Below are positions 59,939 to 64,000 of a DNA stretch of 64,000 nucleotides, piece after piece (the first letter of the stretch is position 1; each line of letters opens with the position of its first letter). This stretch comes from Acidobacteriota bacterium (GTDB lineage: Bacteria > Acidobacteriota > Thermoanaerobaculia > Gp7-AA8), in assembly GCA_019244185.1 (NCBI GenBank), contig JAFATB010000006.1, positions 224,001-288,000 of the forward strand. Direction: 5' to 3'. A model generated the notes under the pieces. That model was given only the letters and a program-made list of their open reading frames with translations, had not been told where the DNA came from and did no database searches. Made by a program: the position numbers and the translations under genes.

Positions 59939-60817
59939 CTATTTGACGCAGGCGCGCGCGGAGTTCGAGTACTCCTGCTGGTACGCGTAGGTGCGGCCGT
60001 CCGGCTTCGACTCGGCGAAGAGGAAGGCCAGGTTCGTGCCCCAGGCGCACTTGTCGTCGGCTTCGTAGCCGGCGCGATCCCACCACGCGCTCAGCTGCGC
60101 GTCGGTCATCGCTTCGCGCGTCTCGTGGACGACGAAGTGTTCCTGGTTCTGGTAGTTCGTCCAGCCCGAGAGACCGGCGCAGGACGAGCAGCTCGGATAC
60201 GGCTGGATCGAGTACTTGATGCTGCTGCTGAGGTTCGCGCCGTCGCCGTTGCCGTGATAAGCGCAGTACTGCAGGTTCGTGCCGCCGCAGGAGGTCGCGC
60301 CGGTGCCGTCATCGGAGTAGTAGTTCTGCGGGATGAAGACCTCGTAGATCGTGTCGGTCTTGCAGCCGCCCGAGAGGGCCGCGCAGGAGCTGGCAACGCG
60401 CTGCTGGACCTGCGCGTCGGTGACACGGGACGCCGAAGGCGGCGTGGAGATGAAGACGTCGGGCTGCGTGCCCTTGAAGCCGGTCGAGCCGGTGCTGCGG
60501 TACTGGCTGAGCATACCGATGTGCGTGATCATGCCGTACTGGCTGTCGCGGAACGCGATCAGGTTGTTCACATACGCATCCGAGGTCGCGGCCGACGAGG
60601 CCCAGCCCCAGAAGATGAAGACGACCTTGGCGTTGGTCAGGACCTGGCCGCCGTGATCGACGAGCTGTCCCGAACCGCCGGGCGCTGCCCGCGCGGCATC
60701 CTTGTGGGCCATCTTGTGGACGCGCGGACGGAGTTCGCCGTTGTCGTTCGGGTTGCCGGCGAACGCCAACGTTGCTGCAAAGACAGAAGCAAGGGCGAGG
60801 ACGATCGTTTTCTTCAT
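59939..60817 (-). CDS. Secreted Phi-1/EXORDIUM-like protein
   Basis: Start MKKTIVLALASVFAATLAFA with GGAG RBS; HGGQVL, IFWG, YCAYH, HETREAMTD...AW and GYEADDKCAW motifs. Confidence 0.75.
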   Translation of the reverse strand: MKKTIVLALASVFAATLAFAGNPNDNGELRPRVHKMAHKDAARAAPGGSGQLVDHGGQVLTNAKVVFIFWGWASSAATSDAYVNNLIAFRDSQYGMITHIGMLSQYRSTGSTGFKGTQPDVFISTPPSASRVTDAQVQQRVASSCAALSGGCKTDTIYEVFIPQNYYSDDGTGATSCGGTNLQYCAYHGNGDGANLSSSIKYSIQPYPSCSSCAGLSGWTNYQNQEHFVVHETREAMTDAQLSAWWDRAGYEADDKCAWGTNLAFLFAESKPDGRTYAYQQEYSNSARACVK

Positions 60818-60986
60818 GGTTGTCTTTTTTCTCCGGGTCCGTCTTAGTGCAAGCGGTGCCAAAGCGTCACGGAATCCGGCGATTTTCCGTTAAAGCAAAT
60901 GCTTGGATGCATTTATATCCATTCATCGACTTTCGGCCGGGGGAGCATAACTCGACCCTTCCGTCAGAAACTGACCCGGCTTTGGG

Positions 60987-63662
60987 TCAGGAGTCGCTCA
61001 AAAGCTGGTCCAGCTCGTCGCGCGTGAACTGCTTCACGAGCCCGGGGTCATCCGCGCGCACGAGATCGGACGCGAGCGCCGCCTTCCGCGCGATGAGCTC
61101 GTCGATGCGCTCCTCGACGGTGCCGCGCGTGATCAACTTGATGACCTGCACGCCTTTGTTCTGGCCGAGGCGGTGCACGCGGTCCGTCGCTTGATCCTCG
61201 CGGGCCTGGTTCCACCAGCGGTCGTAGTGGATGACGACGGAGGCGCTGGTGAGGTCGATGCCGAGGCCGCCCGCGCGGAGCGAGGCGGTGAACACGCGGC
61301 AGTCGGGATCGTCGCGGAACCGCGCGATCTCGTCGCCGCGCTCGCGCGTCGCGCCTTTGATCGATGCGTAGCCGATGTCGGCGCGGAAGAGATGCTCTTC
61401 GATGAGCGACAGCATCGAGAGGTACTGGCTGAACACGACGACCTTGAGACCGCTGGCGAGACATTCATCGAGCAGCTCGACGAACGTCTCCCACTTGCCC
61501 GACGAGACGTTCGCGCCGAAGCCGCCGCCGGCGGACGCGGGGTGATTGCAAATCTGCTTGAGGTAGTTCAGCGCGGCGAAGATGTGCACGTACGAGATCG
61601 GCCCGCCCGCGCGCAGCTGCGCGCGCAGCGGCTTCGCGCGCGCCTCGAGGACGCGCCGATACAGCGCGCGCTGTTCGCTGGTGAGCTCGCAGAAACGTTT
61701 GTCGACGAACTTGGGCGGGAGCTCGGTGAGCACCTGCGTCTTCGTGCGGCGCAGGACGAATGGGCGCGCCAGGCGCTGCAGCGTCTTGCGGTCGTCGACG
61801 TGCTTCGGCAGATAGCCGGGCACGACGAAGTCCAGCAGCGACTTCAGCTCGCCCTCGTGATTTTCGACCGGCGTGCCGGTGAGTCCGACGGCGATGCGTT
61901 TGTCGATCGCGCGCAGCGCGTGGTGCGTCGCGGTGTCGGCATTCTTGATGGTCTGCATTTCATCGAGGACGACAAGATCGAAGCGCTTGCCGCGGAACTG
62001 CTCGATGCGGCTGCGCACGATGCCGTACGACGTGACGGTGACCGGCGCGTCCGGCGCGTAGCGCGCGAGCTTCTCGCGCCAGTGGTCGAGGACCGACGTC
62101 GGACAGACGACGAGCACCTGCCGCGACGCGTCGCCGTGCGTGACCGCGCGGATGAGCGCCATGGCCTGGTGCGTCTTGCCGAGGCCCATGTCGTCGCAGA
62201 GCAGGCCGCCGAAGCCGTTCTGCTGCAGAAGCCACAGCCAGTGATAGCCGGTCTGTTGATATGCATATAAATCGAGGCCGAGCGCGGCAGGCGACGGCGC
62301 GGCCTCGTCGGTCTGCAGTTCGTCGAACATGCGGAAGACGCGCTCGCACGCGCGGTCGCCGCGGAAGACGGCCGTGCCGCGCAGCGAGCCGCGGATGCGC
62401 AGCAGCTCGAGCTTCGTGACCAGCACCTGTCCGCGCGGACCGAGCGTCGCGCCGTCGAGCCAGGCGAACTGCGGGTCGGTGACGTCGATCCAGATGTTGC
62501 CGCGAATGAGCGCGCGCACGCCGTCGCGCCGCGCCTTCGCCAGCTCGGCCGCGCGCACGTCGTGCTCGAAGCGGATGTCCACTTCGAGAAAGTCGCCCTG
62601 CGGCGCGGAGAACTCGAACACGACTTCGCCGTCGAGCCGCACCGGCTGCGCGTTGCGGATGGCGTCGGGCGCGAGCGTCTCCGGCATCCGCGCCAGCACG
62701 TGGCGGTGGCGTTCGACGAACGCGAATGCGTCCGCTTCCGCGATCACGGTCTCGCGCTCGTACGGCAGGCCGCCGCTCGCGCGGACTTCAAAGAGCGAAG
62801 CCTGCGACGCGTCGTTTCGCTCGATGAAGAGCGGCGGCGCGGGCGCGGGCGACGCGAAGCGGTTGCCGGTGAGGAACCAGCGCCCGAAGCGCGGCAGCGC
62901 GCCGCGATCGAAGACGACGCCGCCGCTGCCGAGAAGGACGGGCGAGAACCTCAGTGCCCGCTGACGCGTGATCTCGATCCGCAGCGACGGCGCCAGTGCA
63001 TGCGGTGCAAGTTCGAATCCGCCGTTGGCGACGATGTGCGGCGCCGCGGTGACGACGTGCTCGACCGCGGCGTCGGGCAGCGGCACCGCGTCTTCGCCGA
63101 TGCGCAGCCGCGCGTGTCCGTCGACGATCTCCAGCCGCGCGTCCGCGGCGCCGCGCAGGAAGAGCTCCTTGCTCCAGCGATACCACGGCGAGGCCTCGAA
63201 CTGCAGGCGCAGGCTCCCCGAGCCGCGGCGCAGAAGCTCCTGCTCCTGCTCGGTCAGCACGTACTTGCGCAGGAGTTGCTCGCGCGGATCGGTCTCGCGC
63301 GCGTCGATGGCGCGGCCGTCGCTGAACGCCTCGAATGCGACCGCGCGCCAGACGCTCGATTCGAACGCTTCCGACGGCAGCACGGTGTCGTCATCGCGCG
63401 TGACGTGCGCGACGAGCATCGCCAGATGCCGGCAGAGATCGCCCGCGCGCAGCGAGGCCGCGCACGTACAGCGCCACGACGCGACGCGCGATGGCTCGAG
63501 CACGACCAGCGGCGTGAACGTGCGCCGCTCGTTCTCCGTCACGTTCGCCGTGTACGCCGCGCGGAAAAACAGCGGCGAGCGGACGAGGAAACGCGACGCG
63601 TGCGCGGCGACGGTCTGCAGGGTGGACGCGGAGAACGCGGAGCGGTAGCGATCGGGGACCAT
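60987..63662 (-). CDS. SNF2-family helicase/ATPase with N-terminal SWIM zinc finger
   Basis: Likely start ATG 63662; CTC...LCRH (SWIM), LCDDMGLGKT, DEMQ, LTGTPVEN, LRRTK, GGLGIDL and QATDRVHRLGQ motifs. Confidence 0.93.
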   Translation of the reverse strand: MVPDRYRSAFSASTLQTVAAHASRFLVRSPLFFRAAYTANVTENERRTFTPLVVLEPSRVASWRCTCAASLRAGDLCRHLAMLVAHVTRDDDTVLPSEAFESSVWRAVAFEAFSDGRAIDARETDPREQLLRKYVLTEQEQELLRRGSGSLRLQFEASPWYRWSKELFLRGAADARLEIVDGHARLRIGEDAVPLPDAAVEHVVTAAPHIVANGGFELAPHALAPSLRIEITRQRALRFSPVLLGSGGVVFDRGALPRFGRWFLTGNRFASPAPAPPLFIERNDASQASLFEVRASGGLPYERETVIAEADAFAFVERHRHVLARMPETLAPDAIRNAQPVRLDGEVVFEFSAPQGDFLEVDIRFEHDVRAAELAKARRDGVRALIRGNIWIDVTDPQFAWLDGATLGPRGQVLVTKLELLRIRGSLRGTAVFRGDRACERVFRMFDELQTDEAAPSPAALGLDLYAYQQTGYHWLWLLQQNGFGGLLCDDMGLGKTHQAMALIRAVTHGDASRQVLVVCPTSVLDHWREKLARYAPDAPVTVTSYGIVRSRIEQFRGKRFDLVVLDEMQTIKNADTATHHALRAIDKRIAVGLTGTPVENHEGELKSLLDFVVPGYLPKHVDDRKTLQRLARPFVLRRTKTQVLTELPPKFVDKRFCELTSEQRALYRRVLEARAKPLRAQLRAGGPISYVHIFAALNYLKQICNHPASAGGGFGANVSSGKWETFVELLDECLASGLKVVVFSQYLSMLSLIEEHLFRADIGYASIKGATRERGDEIARFRDDPDCRVFTASLRAGGLGIDLTSASVVIHYDRWWNQAREDQATDRVHRLGQNKGVQVIKLITRGTVEERIDELIARKAALASDLVRADDPGLVKQFTRDELDQLLSDS

Positions 63663-63669
63663 GGGGAGC

Positions 63670-63711
63670 GATGAACGATGAACGATGAACGATGAGCGCT
63701 GAACGATGAAG
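63670..63711 (+). repeat. Intergenic tandem heptamer (GATGAAC)x6, partly degenerate
   Basis: GATGAAC GATGAAC GATGAAC GATGAGC GCTGAAC GATGAAG read directly from the sequence. Confidence 0.9.
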
Positions 63712-63746
63712 GACGCGCGAGCGAACTTCAAGACTTGATCTTTTGC

Positions 63747-64000
63747 TCAGCGTTCCGTTTCGGCGATCAACGCCTTCGACTTCGCGCTCGCGGCGGCGGC
63801 CGCGGCGGCGTGATGGGCTCCCGCTTCCGCCTGCGCGAGCAGCGCGTAGAGGATGCCGGCGTCGCGGCGGTCTTCCCGATTTCCCGGATCGGCGGCGTAG
63901 AGCCGCTCGCGGATGGCGATGCCGCGCAGCGCCACGTCGCGCGCCTCGCTCCAGCGTCCGAGCTTCACGAGGGCGAAGCTCATCTCCGAATACGTGAAGC
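63747..64000 (-). CDS. C-terminal end of a TPR-repeat protein (partial; 5' end outside window)
   Basis: ...LVKLGRWSEARDVALRGIAIRERLYAADPGNREDRRDAG... is a TPR-like helix pair; the frame stays open to the window edge. Confidence 0.7.
   Translation of the reverse strand, partial: FTYSEMSFALVKLGRWSEARDVALRGIAIRERLYAADPGNREDRRDAGILYALLAQAEAGAHHAAAAAAASAKSKALIAETER

Noticed and set aside
60848-60861. Canonical sigma54 promoter
   Set aside because: GG-to-GC spacing is 8 nt rather than the required 10. It is kept only as a non-canonical motif under findings.
60987-63662. SNF2 helicase as part of a defence system (DISARM/BREX/Zorya-like)
   Set aside because: It has the common stand-alone SWIM-SNF2 architecture, with no methylase, nuclease or other defence partner adjacent.

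Overview
A GC-rich, gene-dense bacterial window. It is probably Acidobacteriota (Thermoanaerobaculia-like), inferred from a duplicated 'ADOP'-type ABC permease and a secreted protein ending in -RQRAVRH. The left 25 kb is one minus-strand unit of three secreted proteins: a ~285-aa possible carrier/chaperone, a 7,310-aa modular giant, and an Ig-repeat protein that runs off the window edge and is missing from the ORF track. The rest holds a DUF2059/pseudopilin-like fusion, an S10 carboxypeptidase, a piuA-piuC-piuB-type iron-uptake operon with a Fur-like palindrome, and a fulvocin-C-like Cys-rich gene with a small membrane partner. It also has two DHA2 MFS pumps, a back-to-back junction of two 5'-truncated genes (SDR and anti-phage-type dCTP deaminase) followed by an unannotated 53-aa ORF, and PilZ, JmjC, FabH and an 803-aa unknown. 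Further right are a LysR with an ABC exporter and an oxidoreductase/MBL pair, TetR, glgP, a GT-C glycosyltransferase, an SLC13 transporter, a 175-bp fold-back element, an 8xHYR protein, a lipoprotein, a Phi-1/EXORDIUM-like protein, a SWIM-SNF2 helicase and a partial TPR gene. I saw no rRNA, tRNA, CRISPR array or transposase. All family calls come from motifs recognised by eye, not from database searches.
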